Of a stretch of 64,000 nt of DNA, positions 26,801 through 35,720 are shown one piece after another. A model generated the notes under the pieces. The model worked only from the letters and a program-made list of their open reading frames with translations, made no database searches and had not been told where the DNA came from. Both the position numbers and the translations under genes were made by a program. How positions within the stretch are numbered: the first letter of the stretch is position 1; each line of letters starts with the position of its first letter. The stretch is from Harriotta raleighana (taxonomy: Eukaryota): contig JBNZDD010013718.1 in NCBI GenBank assembly GCA_050575255.1, forward strand, positions 6,936,579-7,000,578. Direction: 5' to 3'.

Positions 26801-27290
26801 ATTGCTGAGAATTTGAAGTTTCCAGTCAATTCACTTTCCAGTATATTCTGTAAAGCGCTTTGAGATGTCTAGAAAACTTTGAAAGCGCTATATCAAATGC
26901 AAGATTTATTATTTTTTTCAGTTTTGCAGAGGGAAGTGGTGTTGGAATGTCTATTGTTCCAATTATAATCTTGTTTTACTGGTTTGTGGCTTCTAATCAC
27001 ACATTTTTTGTTTTAGTCCAGAATTGGTAAGGCTTTTATTCTTGCTTTTTTATAGAAAGAAAAATCAATGATGGACAAATTAGTATTCTGTGAAGTAATA
27101 TTGTTTTTTTTCTCCTCTTAGGGTTGGTTCTGGACATTATACTGCATATGCAACCCATGAAGGTCGCTGGTTCCATTTCAACGACAGCACTGTTACTTTG
27201 ACTGAAGAGGAAACTGTAGTGAAGGCTAAAGCGTACATCTTGTTCTTTGTGGAACGTCGGACCAAATTGGGATCAGGCACCAAGCTTTAA
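5791..27290 (+). CDS. USP3: Ubiquitin carboxyl-terminal hydrolase 3 (ZnF-UBP plus USP catalytic domain), complete 15-exon gene, 523 aa
   Basis: Exons 5791-5881, 10993-11053, 13415-13552, 16209-16292, 19741-19822, 20512-20594, 21748-21861, 22046-22159, 22418-22564, 23251-23357, 24046-24126, 24825-24943, 25582-25695, 26586-26653, 27122-27290. All are GT-AG bounded and sum to 1572 nt in one frame. Translation MECPHLASSVC...GLRNLGNTCFMN (Cys box)...QQDAHEF...GSGHYTAY (His box)...WFHFNDS...GTKL* matches recalled vertebrate USP3. Confidence 0.98.
9107..9260 (-). mobile_element. CR1-type LINE 3' end fragment
   Basis: ATAGAATC..GGCACAAAAGGAGGCCATTCAGTCCAT..GCCGGCTCTTTGAAAAGAGC..ATCCCACTCCCC resembles the reverse complement of shark CR1 3' tails (recalled). 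Confidence 0.6.
10993..11053 (+). CDS. USP3: USP3 exon 2 (ZnF-UBP)
   Basis: tttttgcag|..CRSNKSPWVCLTCSSVHCG|gtaagg. Confidence 0.96.
13415..13552 (+). CDS. USP3: USP3 exon 3 (ZnF-UBP)
   Basis: ttgtag|YVNGHAKKHYEDAQ...VCMDCSSYSTY|gtttgt. Confidence 0.95.
14690..14830 (-). mobile_element. Decayed SINE body and tail
   Basis: CATTTGATATAGTGC...TTCACAGAATATA...GGCAGCCAATTG...AACAGTCATGGAT, the reverse complement of the family seen at 26228. Confidence 0.7.
16209..16292 (+). CDS. USP3: USP3 exon 4
   Basis: cttctag|YRCDDFVVNDTKLGLVQRVREHLQNLE|gtatgt. Confidence 0.95.
19741..19822 (+). CDS. USP3: USP3 exon 5
   Basis: atgcag|SAFSADRYRKRKLMESSSLNSKYVKVN|gtaagt; contains a basic RKRK stretch. Confidence 0.94.
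20512..20594 (+). CDS. USP3: USP3 exon 6 (catalytic Cys box)
   Basis: ttgacag|GGTSAICATGLRNLGNTCFMNAILQSL|gtatct. Confidence 0.96.
21272..21535 (-). mobile_element. tRNA-derived SINE, near full length
   Basis: Reverse complement of the 26228 element: (AAT)n tail, GCAGCCAATTGCGCACAGC core, CTTGCCCAAGGTTTC, GAGTGCTCTAGCCA head. Confidence 0.85.
21748..21861 (+). CDS. USP3: USP3 exon 7
   Basis: ttgcag|NIHQFCCYFKELPAVELRSGKTAGRRTYHTRSQGDNS|gtaagt. Confidence 0.95.
22046..22159 (+). CDS. USP3: USP3 exon 8
   Basis: tctag|SLVEEFRKTLCALWQGSQTAFCPESLFYVIWKIMPNF|gtaggc. Confidence 0.95.
22418..22564 (+). CDS. USP3: USP3 exon 9 (QQDAHEF motif)
   Basis: gtgcag|GYQQQDAHEFMRYLLDHLHLELQ...SKCC|gtaagt. 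Confidence 0.95.
23251..23357 (+). CDS. USP3: USP3 exon 10
   Basis: ctttcag|NGASTVVTNIFGGILQNEVNCLICGTESRKFDPFL|gtaaga. Confidence 0.95.
23560..23817 (+). repeat. 258-bp direct repeat, copy 1 (USP3 intron 10)
   Basis: Near-identical to 24139-24397; preceded by an extra copy of the 17-mer TGTCCTTTGCCTTATGG and followed by (TA)n. Confidence 0.95.
23816..23889. repeat. (TA)n microsatellite
   Basis: Interrupted then pure TATATA run. Confidence 0.9.
24046..24126 (+). CDS. USP3: USP3 exon 11
   Basis: cttctag|DLSLDIPSQFRNKRSKNQENGPICTLR|gtaagg; 81 nt, phase 1-1. Confidence 0.95.
24139..24397 (+). repeat. 259-bp direct repeat, copy 2 (USP3 intron 11)
   Basis: Starts 12 nt after the exon 11 donor; roughly a dozen differences from copy 1 by eye. 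Confidence 0.95.
24825..24943 (+). CDS. USP3: USP3 exon 12
   Basis: cctgtag|DCLRSFTDLEELDETELYMCHKCKKRQKSTKKFWIQKLPK|gttagt. Confidence 0.95.
25582..25695 (+). CDS. USP3: USP3 exon 13
   Basis: ttttag|VLCLHLKRFHWTAYLRNKIDTYVEFPLRGLDMKCFLLE|gtattt. Confidence 0.95.
26228..26542 (+). mobile_element. tRNA(Val)-derived SINE with Deu-like core and L2-type tail, full length
   Basis: Pol III A box TGGCTTAGTGG at 26237, anticodon loop CTTACAA (TAC), B box GTTCGAATC at 26281, core CTGTTTGTGGGACACTGCTGTGCGCAATTGGCTG, tail GTGAAGCGCTTTGGGACGTC..GTGAAAAGTGCTATATCAAATGCAAG(TAT)n. Confidence 0.9.
26586..26653 (+). CDS. USP3: USP3 exon 14
   Basis: tttctag|PENSGPDSCLYDLAAVVVHHGS|gtaagt. Confidence 0.95.
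27122..27290 (+). CDS. USP3: USP3 exon 15 (His box, stop)
   Basis: ctcttag|VGSGHYTAYATHEGRWFHFNDSTV...KAYILFFVERRTKLGSGTKL-TAA. Confidence 0.96.
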
Positions 27291-27325
27291 TGCATCCCAC
27301 CCTTTTTATATAAATGTTTCCCCCA

Positions 27326-27331
27326 AATAAA
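27326..27331 (+). terminator. Candidate proximal poly(A) signal of USP3 (a distal AATAAA lies at 29941)
   Basis: AATAAA about 35 nt after the stop codon; usage unknown. Confidence 0.35.
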
Positions 27332-29156
27332 TACTGCATTGGAGCAAACACAAACTGTTCCACATTTTCATGAGTACTTGATAAATCAAGACTATTTTCA
27401 TCTTGCACTTTTAAATCGCTGATGAGAATTCTGTTTATTGCACCATTACTAGTGTTGATACAGTAATCGAGGACACTTGATCTAATTTTAGCCTACCAGA
27501 GATCCTCAGCAGAATACTTTGTAATTGTAATGACAGCTGTTAATCAAGAAATTGGAAACATCATTTGAAATTAAATGACTTGTTTGCTCGAAATGTGGCA
27601 TAGCATTTCCTTACTTCAAGGTGCATTTGCAATGATATCTCTGAACCTTTTACAATACTTTGTAATTGGTGAGAATTTTTAAAGATAGATTTGAGACAAG
27701 ATTTAGGGGGCCTTGTTTTTTTGCATTGGTTAATATTCCTGTTGTGTAAATAACTATTAATTTGCCTTCTAAGTAACAATATAAAACAGTTTTAAGTACC
27801 GATTCTAAATTGTTGCATGTGCATTTATTGGCGAGTTGATAGTCCTTTTCTAAGTCTACTCAAACCCTTCCCCTGCAAAAAGCAAGTAGGCATCCGAAAT
27901 CTATGCCAAAAGCTAGGGACAGTTGGTGCCAGAATGCTGTTCAGTATTTTGAGATACATAAAGTGTAAATGCACCTTGACTTTGAAGTGCTATACCCTAA
28001 ATTTACTATTAGTACATTTGGATCTGCCCAGAATTAGTTTTTTTGGTGGAAATTAATCATTATTCTGTCTGTAATTGTCAGTTTTTTTGCCACTCTTCGC
28101 TTTTGTGACCACTTTCAGACACTGGTAAATCAGAACAAAGGCATTCTGCCTCAATATTCACTTGTGCTGCACAATTGATTTTGTGTTTTATTTTAGGTAT
28201 TCCGTTCTGTTATTTTTTAAAAGTTCTCACTTTGTTGGTATCACTAGACACTTTTGCATATTTCAGAAGACGTAAGCAATTTAAAAAACATTACGGAGAA
28301 AGATAAATTCAACTACTCGGTAAACATTAATTCTCATCTATCCAAATACTTTGCTGGGCAGAGTAGGGCTTTCTGCATCACACAGTGGCAATGAATGGCT
28401 AAGACTTGATTGGACAAAAGGTGGTAAGAATGGTTTATGATTTGCAGTGTTCCCTGATTAAGAGACAAATTTATAGACACCTGGGTTACTTTAAAGGGAA
28501 AGGGGTGTATTTTGACAAAATTGTGTCTCCATTTATTGTATGCAGTATGTGACACAAAACCGTGGTTACAGCTTTGGGAGAGTGCTTGGTCATGTATAAT
28601 GGATGGTATGTTTATATTTTCATACCTGGAAAAAGACCTTTTTACTTATCAAAGACACATTTTCTCAATTTCTGTTTATAGTGGCCTGAATAGTGTTTGG
28701 AACTGAATGTTTTAATCGCATAATGAGATGAAATGATGTATTTGCATGTGGATGTACTGTACCATCCGGAAGCAGAAGAAAAGGCCATTTTATGCAGTTT
28801 GGAGGTTTTTGGGCATGAGACTACCTGTCTCTTAAATGTGAAAACATACACATCCTAGACTTGAATCTGAAAATTAGAACTATATAAAGTTATTTAAATG
28901 TTAAACCATTTTGGTTGCAAAATATGAACTGACACAGTAATAACGTCAAATGGCATTTATTCAGTTTTAATCCCAACAAAAAAAATTCTGATTGTATATG
29001 TACTACTATGGCTGCTTATAATGATGGTATGTATATTAGTAAATGTTCATGTACTGTTTCACTGATAGTAAAGTGCAATGTTGATGCAAACCTGTGTGTG
29101 TTTCTTTTTAAATGTAAACCATTTTATAAACTTGGTTTATGACTATTTGGGTTTCT

Positions 29157-29390
29157 AGGTCAGAATGTTTGGGATTAAAGTCCCCGTGTTCAAGGTTTGA
29201 ACTCATCTATACTAAGTCTCCAGTGCTGTATTGGGGAATAGTAAGAGATGGTGTTTTTAGATTTGGACATTTTGCCCCTTCTGCCTCTGTTCAGGTGCAT
29301 ATTAAAGATCCAATGACATTAATCAAAGTGACTTCTCCTGCTAAAAATTCTCCAGAGTTTTTGTCCAATCTTGCTGGTGGAAAATAGCTG
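29157..29390 (+). mobile_element. Old, diverged Deu-domain SINE (SacSINE1/AmnSINE1-like)
   Basis: GTCAGAATGTTTGGGATTAAAGTCCC..CTCCAGTGCTGTATTGGGG..GGTGTTTTTAGAT..CTGCCTCTGTTCAGGTGCATATTAAAGATCCAATGACATTA follows the recalled Deu-SINE motif order. Confidence 0.55.
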
Positions 29391-30518
29391 TCGAGTCTAC
29401 CAACAAAAAAAATTATTACACTTATCTAAGCTGCCATAAAACAATATTTGAAAGTTCTTTTGTTATATTCAACTGGTTTATGAACGCTGTGAATCAGGTT
29501 ATTGGATAATTGCAGAGAGGAAATGTAATGCATTCATCCTTTATTGGATGTCAAAACATTATTGACTATAATATTTAATAGTTCCAAGGCAGAGATTATA
29601 GAAAGAAAGATGTGTATGTAGCATCTTTAATCTATGATTCACAAACATTCCCTAGACAGTATTCCAACTTGTTCCTTGGAGAGAGTGCTTATTATGTATT
29701 GATAATGTAGCCAAAAAAAGTAACTGAAGTGTCAGGGTGCTCTTAAAAACACAGCACAAAGGTTGGGGAACATCTTCCAATGTCACATCTTCAGTGTCAG
29801 AACTACCTTCTGAAAGAATAGTGACCAATTTGAATATATCCCAGTGTTGCAATAGGAGTGCTGTTTGTATGAAAAATATGTTCCAAATCAGAAAAATAAT
29901 AATCCTTGAATTTGTTATAGGGCCTTTTCACATCTTCTAGAATAAAGATGTGGTGTAGGCAATGTTTCAAATGTGACCCTTTATTTCCCGCACCTCTTGT
30001 GCTCCTGGTCATCTTTTAAATTCCTTCAATTGTAAAAGCTCTTTTCAATAGGATTGTTCTAGTTTGTACAGCCAAATATGTTGAATTTGTAACTTCTAAT
30101 AACCTTCCTGTAATCAGTTCATTTAATTTTTTGAGAAAATGCACTGAATGACTGCAGGAACTTCCCGAACAAAGAAGAAACAGAAAAGAATATTCCCAGA
30201 AACCGAAGAACGAAATCTGTGAAACCCCAAGCTTTATCTTCCATGGTTTTTCTTCTGATGATATAATAATTACATTAAACATCCTATCTTAAAACCTTCC
30301 TGAAATATGTATCAGTTTTACCTGCCAATTAAAAGTAAGAATGGTTGTAGTTTGGGGGAAGTACTATAAGTAGTAATTCTTGTTCTTCAAATTAAGATTA
30401 CTTCAGTGACTGGTATCCAGTTTAGATATTAATCACTCTGCGTTCATGGCCATGTGATTGCAAAATACAATGTTTCATCTTCCTGGCAATAGCATGTTAT
30501 ATATAACATTGAAAACTA

Positions 30519-30712
30519 CAATAATAATCCTTGCATTTGATATAGCGCTTTTCACGTCTTCTAGGCGTTTCAAAGCGCTTCACAGAATAAACTGTAAATT
30601 GAATTGACTATATGTACATATGTAGGTGAAACACGGCAGCCAATTGCGCACAGAAGTGTCCCAAAACAAACAGTCGTGGATTGAAAACAACCAATTTTTT
30701 TTTAGGGATTAT
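30519..30712 (-). mobile_element. SINE body and tail (no tRNA head)
   Basis: (AAT)nCCTTGCATTTGATATAGCGCTTTTCACGTC..CAAAGCGCTTCACAGAA..GGCAGCCAATTGCGCACAG. Confidence 0.85.
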
Positions 30713-31611
30713 AGTATTACAAGATCATAGTATTTATTTCACATCCATTGAACAAAAAAAACTCTTCAAGAGATAAAAAGTAGCTCATATTGGACAATAA
30801 GGGAATCGTGAATATTATTACCAAAACATTTAAACAATTATATGCAGCCATTAAACATGACTTTTTTAGTTTAAAGCTGATCACAATTGCAATGCAATTA
30901 AGGGTACATCAATCTTTTGAATATCATTTAAACTGCACGTATTGTCAAAAGTGCAATAAGGTCACACCGGGCCAATGCAGATCATGTTACAAACTGGGAG
31001 TTGATCCAGGAACCTTTGATTCCATACCTGCATTAATGAATTGGTTTGTTCATTTGGAGAAGAGTTGGAATGCTATCTTGTTATTTTAACCAAGTAACCA
31101 AAGATCAGATTGTTGATCCTAAAACAAATAATTTAAAAAGTCTTCCCTCATCCTCAGAGGAATATTTTTTTCCTGGTGCATTCAGAGCCCTCTTCTTTGC
31201 AGTGTTCAAATACGTTATGTAGGTCAACTTGAAACCCAATATTGTACATTCTTGCAAACGGCCTATGTCCCAATAATTAATCAGAATTATTTTAGTTTAT
31301 CAATCAATAATTACATTTACATAGCACCTTTCACGTTGGGAGAACGTCCCAAGGCGCTGAACAGTCCAGTAGGGATCAAGAGCAGAGGGGGAGGAGTCAG
31401 GGGAAGGAAAGTAGAAAAATTGACTTTATTTGTGGCCGAAACATTTATAAGGGCACCAATTGTGGTACATTCCAGGAATATAGCAAATATTTACCTTGTT
31501 TTCCTACATATATATTCGTCACACTATAGTGAATTCTGGTGAAGCATTTGGGGATATTTTAATGATGTTGTAAAGGCTACATCAAATGCAAGAGTAGATG
31601 GGTGACCAAAT

Positions 31612-31916
31612 AATAATAAAAATAATAATAATCCTGGCATTTGTTATAGTGCTTTTCATGCCTTATAGATGTCTCAGAGATTCACAGAATATACTGTAAA
31701 ATTAATTGATTGGACACATGTGGATGAAATGTGGCAACCAATTGCGCACAGCAGTGTCCCACAAACAGCCGTGGATTGAAATGACTAAATTTTTTTGGAG
31801 GGATTTTTTTTAGGCATGTAGAGTAAAGAATCTTGCCCACTGTTTTGCCTTGCCTGGAAATGAACCCAGGTCTCTTGCTTGTAAGGCAAATGCTCTAACC
31901 ACTGGGCTACACGGCT
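31612..31916 (-). mobile_element. tRNA-derived SINE, full length
   Basis: Reverse complement of the 26228 family, including the head GAACCCAGGTCTCTTGCTTGTAAGGCAAATGCTCTAACCACTGGGCTAC. Confidence 0.88.
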
Positions 31917-32008
31917 CCATACATGCAGTGGCGGAGTCGAGCAATTATATAAAAAACAGCAAGTTGTTATGGCAACACCACTTCAACCTCTTCAACTGGC
32001 TATATGTA

Positions 32009-32097
32009 GAGTTCTGTAGCTTAGTGATTAGAGCACTCGCCTTACAAGCGAGAGATCTGAGTTCATTTCCAGGCAGGGTGAAGCATTGGGCAAGTTT
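32009..32097 (+). mobile_element. SINE tRNA-like head only
   Basis: GAGTTCTGTAGCTTAGTGATTAGAGCACTCGCCTTACAAGCGAGAGATCTGAGTTCATTTCCAGGCAGGGTGAAGCATTGGGCAAGTTT. Confidence 0.85.
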
Positions 32098-32845
32098 ATC
32101 ACTGAGTATTTTAGCAAGAAATAACTGAATAGACACTTTTTTCAAAAAAACAACTTTTATGCCCTAGGATGTTATTACAACCGTGATGAGTTCCAGTCGT
32201 TCCCGATTGTCTCTGTGATGTTTTTTTTTAAAAAAGAAAGGAAATATAAAATAAAATCAGCCAGCCTAAAAAAAATCTCTCTGTGCCACATGTGTGAGAC
32301 AACAAGCTGTTTTATGGCAGCTCCGGTTGCTGGTGATGCTGTTGAATCTATTTGAGGCTGAGACTCAAGGCGTGAAGCCACATGGAAGATTTGCTAAACT
32401 CCACAGGAAAGATTCTACCTTTTCTTGTGTTCACAGGAGGTAATGGGTTCCACGTTAACAGATAATAAATTAACAAAGGTCAGATATTGTACAGTTCCCA
32501 GCAATCGAGGAATGAAAATCCCCTGAAGTCAAGTCAAGATTCACCAAAAACTCAATAAATAAGATAAAACCAACACAATCAGGATTTTGTATGTGTTAAA
32601 TGAAGGCTGTCCTCCCTGCTTCACCTATTCAATCACAGGGCAGTATTTTTTATTATGGTGCCTCACAGGTGCAAACATCTATACTTAACTACAACTCCAG
32701 TTGTCACGCTCAGAATAAACTGCATTCCAATCCATATATGTACATCAGTGGCAATAGGCACTGTGCTGGTAGGAATATTGCTCAGTTCCTTTTCTATTGT
32801 CCCTTTCTAGGAGTTGGGCTCTATATTGAGTTTATCCTTTCTTCA

Positions 32846-33180
32846 ATGCAGCTAACAGAATTAAATCATGAGTGTTTGCTTCATATATTTTCATTTCTGG
32901 ACAAAGAGACCAGAAAGAGTACATCTCTGACCTGCCACAAACTTTGTGACGTATTCATGGACCCAGCCCTGTGGTCTTTGCTGAATTTCTCTTCGCCCTC
33001 AGAACTGAGGGAAGATAATTTTCTGCTGAGTCCCATGTTACGGTCCCTGTCTATCTGTTGGTACTCGAGCCGAGTGAAAATCTGCAACATTGAAGACTGG
33101 ATGAAAAGTAACTTTCAGAGAGACATCTGCAGCAAGCATGAAAATCTCATTAATAACTTCTTGAATCAAATAAGTAACAG
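32846..33180 (+). CDS. FBXL22: FBXL22 coding exon 1
   Basis: ATG at 32846; donor AACAG|GTAGGT; acceptor ccctttctag ending at 32810 implies an upstream non-coding exon. Confidence 0.92.
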
Positions 33181-35000
33181 GTAGGTTGAAGGTTTTGATT
33201 CTATTTGGACAGGTCATATTTCAAGCACATTTGATTTATGTGAAACAAGTAATGTAAAATTGTTTATGGGACATCGCTATATGCAATTGCAATATTTAAT
33301 TCATTAATAATTGCCCACTGAACTTTACAAAATAATAATAATAAACAAAATATTCTGTAAAGAGCTTTGAGATGTCTCAATGAAGAGACAAGGCACTATA
33401 TCAACTGCAAGGATTATTATTAGTAGTAAAATATATCTTATTCGCATTTCTTTTCATTTTGTGGAATAAAGAGAAGAAATATTACAGGCACCACAGGCAC
33501 TAATAATTCTATCATTATTTTCCTTTTGTTTTGATTTCAGCAGTAAAGTAGTAAAGGCCTGTATTCAATTTCTAAGGAATAGAAAGCTATTAATATAGTG
33601 GCAAAAGTTCTCCTTTTACTGTTCAAAGAAAACAGATTCACATTCAGGATTGCTTGACAGCCCGTCTTATGATTGCTCTAAATCTGTTCTTGGTCACAAC
33701 AATCAAGTCGACTAACTCAGCCTGGTATCTTGCTGAACTGAACAGGAATAAATACTGAAGTAGATTCATTGCAGATTGCAGTACAACGTACCGACAATTG
33801 GTGATGGTGTCCTGTGTGATACCATTGTAGGCAATCTATGAACCCACTGAACGATACATAACTGAGGTCAGTTGGGATCATTGGTAGTGTTAAAAAAAGG
33901 TATTGCACTTGTACATGTCAGATGTTCCATTAGAACACAAGAATACTGAGAAATAAGATGAGACTTGTCTCACACTGCAGGCCGCCAAGACCCTCATACA
34001 TGCATTCATAAAATTCAGGTTTGACTAGGAAACCTCCCTGCTTGTCAGCCTCCCCAACTCTTCCTTCCATAGGCTGCAGATCATCCAGAACTCTGCAGCC
34101 CGTGTCCTTTCCCGCAACCTATCACCCCCATCCTCACTCGACTCCACTGGCTTCCCATCACACAGTGGATACAGTTCAAGATCCTGGTTCTCACATTCAA
34201 AACCCTCCATGGCCTTGCTCCCCCCTACCTCCGTGACCTCCTAACCCCCTATCAACCTGGCCGCTCCCTCCGTTCGGCGGGCTCTGGCCTGCTTCACATA
34301 CCCTGCCTCTCCTGCCCCACTGATTGTCCAGCGCCTTGAGACGACCTACTGACGTGATAACTGCAATACAAATGTAATTTTGTTGTGATTTGTTGTTGTT
34401 GCTGTTGTTGTAAATTCTCAATGTGAATACTCAGACAGAGTGAAGTGTTTTGGTTTCTCGTGCACTGGTGTTGTTTCCAGTGACTCTGCGAGATGAGGTG
34501 TCACAGCACTCACATGCATAATTGATAATCCCAGATAAACGTTAAAGCAATGTCCAATCATTATTGTCCCTGAGGGTTTCCAGTGGTCAGATCTGCTCCT
34601 TTGCTGGGTTAATATTCTATCTGTAAATGATATTCTCGTTAGTGTGCATTTGTTTTCCAGGTGTCCAAATTTGGTGTCATTGACCCTCTCTGGATGCGGA
34701 CATGTCACAGACTACTACATTATACAAATATTGCACAAATGCACCAAACTGAAAGTGTTAAAATTAGAAAACTGTGTAAGAATGACTGACAAGGCCTTGG
34801 AAGCAGTCACGATCCACGGAATAAATTTACGAACACTGCACGTGGATTTTTGTCGAAATATCACGCAAGGAGGCCTTCTAATGATCAGAGAGAAATGTCG
34901 TTCCCTGTTTGTTAGCGCAGATAGAAGCGCTGGTATGATCCCTGATAATAAACCAGAGGAAACAGACAGTTTGTGGAGAGGAATGAAGAAACGACTGTAA
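32846..35000 (+). CDS. FBXL22: F-box and leucine-rich repeat protein 22, 2 coding exons, 224 aa
   Basis: Exons 32846-33180 and 34661-35000 join in frame (675 nt). [20 protein letters not shown] (F-box)...[18 protein letters not shown]...[18 protein letters not shown]...LENCVRMTD...[10 protein letters not shown] matches recalled FBXL22; position downstream of USP3 is syntenic. Confidence 0.95.
33955..34411 (+). mobile_element. 5'-truncated L2 (LINE2) element: degenerate ORF2 C-terminus plus 3' tail
   Basis: Broken frames read [57 protein letters not shown], the typical L2 ORF2 end. Tail TGTCCAGCGCCTTGAGACG..GACGTGATA..ATACAAATGTAA(TTG)n. Confidence 0.88.
34661..35000 (+). CDS. FBXL22: FBXL22 coding exon 2 (LRRs, stop)
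   Basis: ttttccag|G TGT CCA AAT... to TAA ending at 35000. Confidence 0.93.
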
Positions 35001-35714
35001 AAGCAACAAAAGACTGATATTTATTTTAAGCTTCTATTTGATTCCAGTATAATGACTGCAGATATTGTATGTTGGATTTGCCAAAAATATGTTTTCTACT
35101 CTTCTTTGTGAACAACATGTTTTAATTTTTAACCCATGTTTATTTGGTGACAGACTGCCCATAATGTAGATTCTTTCATTGAGACTGAAATGAACCGAAG
35201 CTGTGCAAATTTGCAGAATGCAATCCTGCTCATACATACATATAGAACAAATGGTAATAAGGATTTCATCCCACCAAAATTTATTTAGCAAAACTCAATT
35301 TTCCGCCAAGTTAAAATAAGGGAATGAATTTGACAACAGATGGACGAGTGCAGCCAAAGCATTTAAATCCTGTGGTCTTCCAAAAAAGCTTCAATCCGAA
35401 GATCAAAATCATATTTCACATTATTGAAAAGATTGTGGCAGAATCGCAGCATATTCAGCTTTGAACACGCAATGTTGCCTTTTTAATACTGATTTTTCTT
35501 CTTAAGAATGTGCTTTGCAAAATAATACTTTTATACGTCTACACTATGTAAGACACGACTGTTCAGCAGAATAATTGTAAACAGTATGAATTTGTACGAG
35601 AACAATATATGTTCATTTCTGTCCACTAGTTGGTGCTGGTGTATATAATTCATTGCCTTGTTCACGACCATACACTGCACACATCTCCTTCACAATTATG
35701 ATGATATATCTTTA

Positions 35715-35720
35715 AATAAA
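35715..35720 (+). terminator. Candidate FBXL22 poly(A) signal
   Basis: AATAAA followed by a GT/T-rich downstream tract (TTTTGTTGTGAGTTGTGGTTTT). Confidence 0.55.

Noticed and set aside
32600-32845. 82-codon in-frame N-terminal extension of FBXL22
   Set aside because: No similarity to recalled FBXL22, whose start aligns with 32846; a strong acceptor at 32810 marks most of it as intron.
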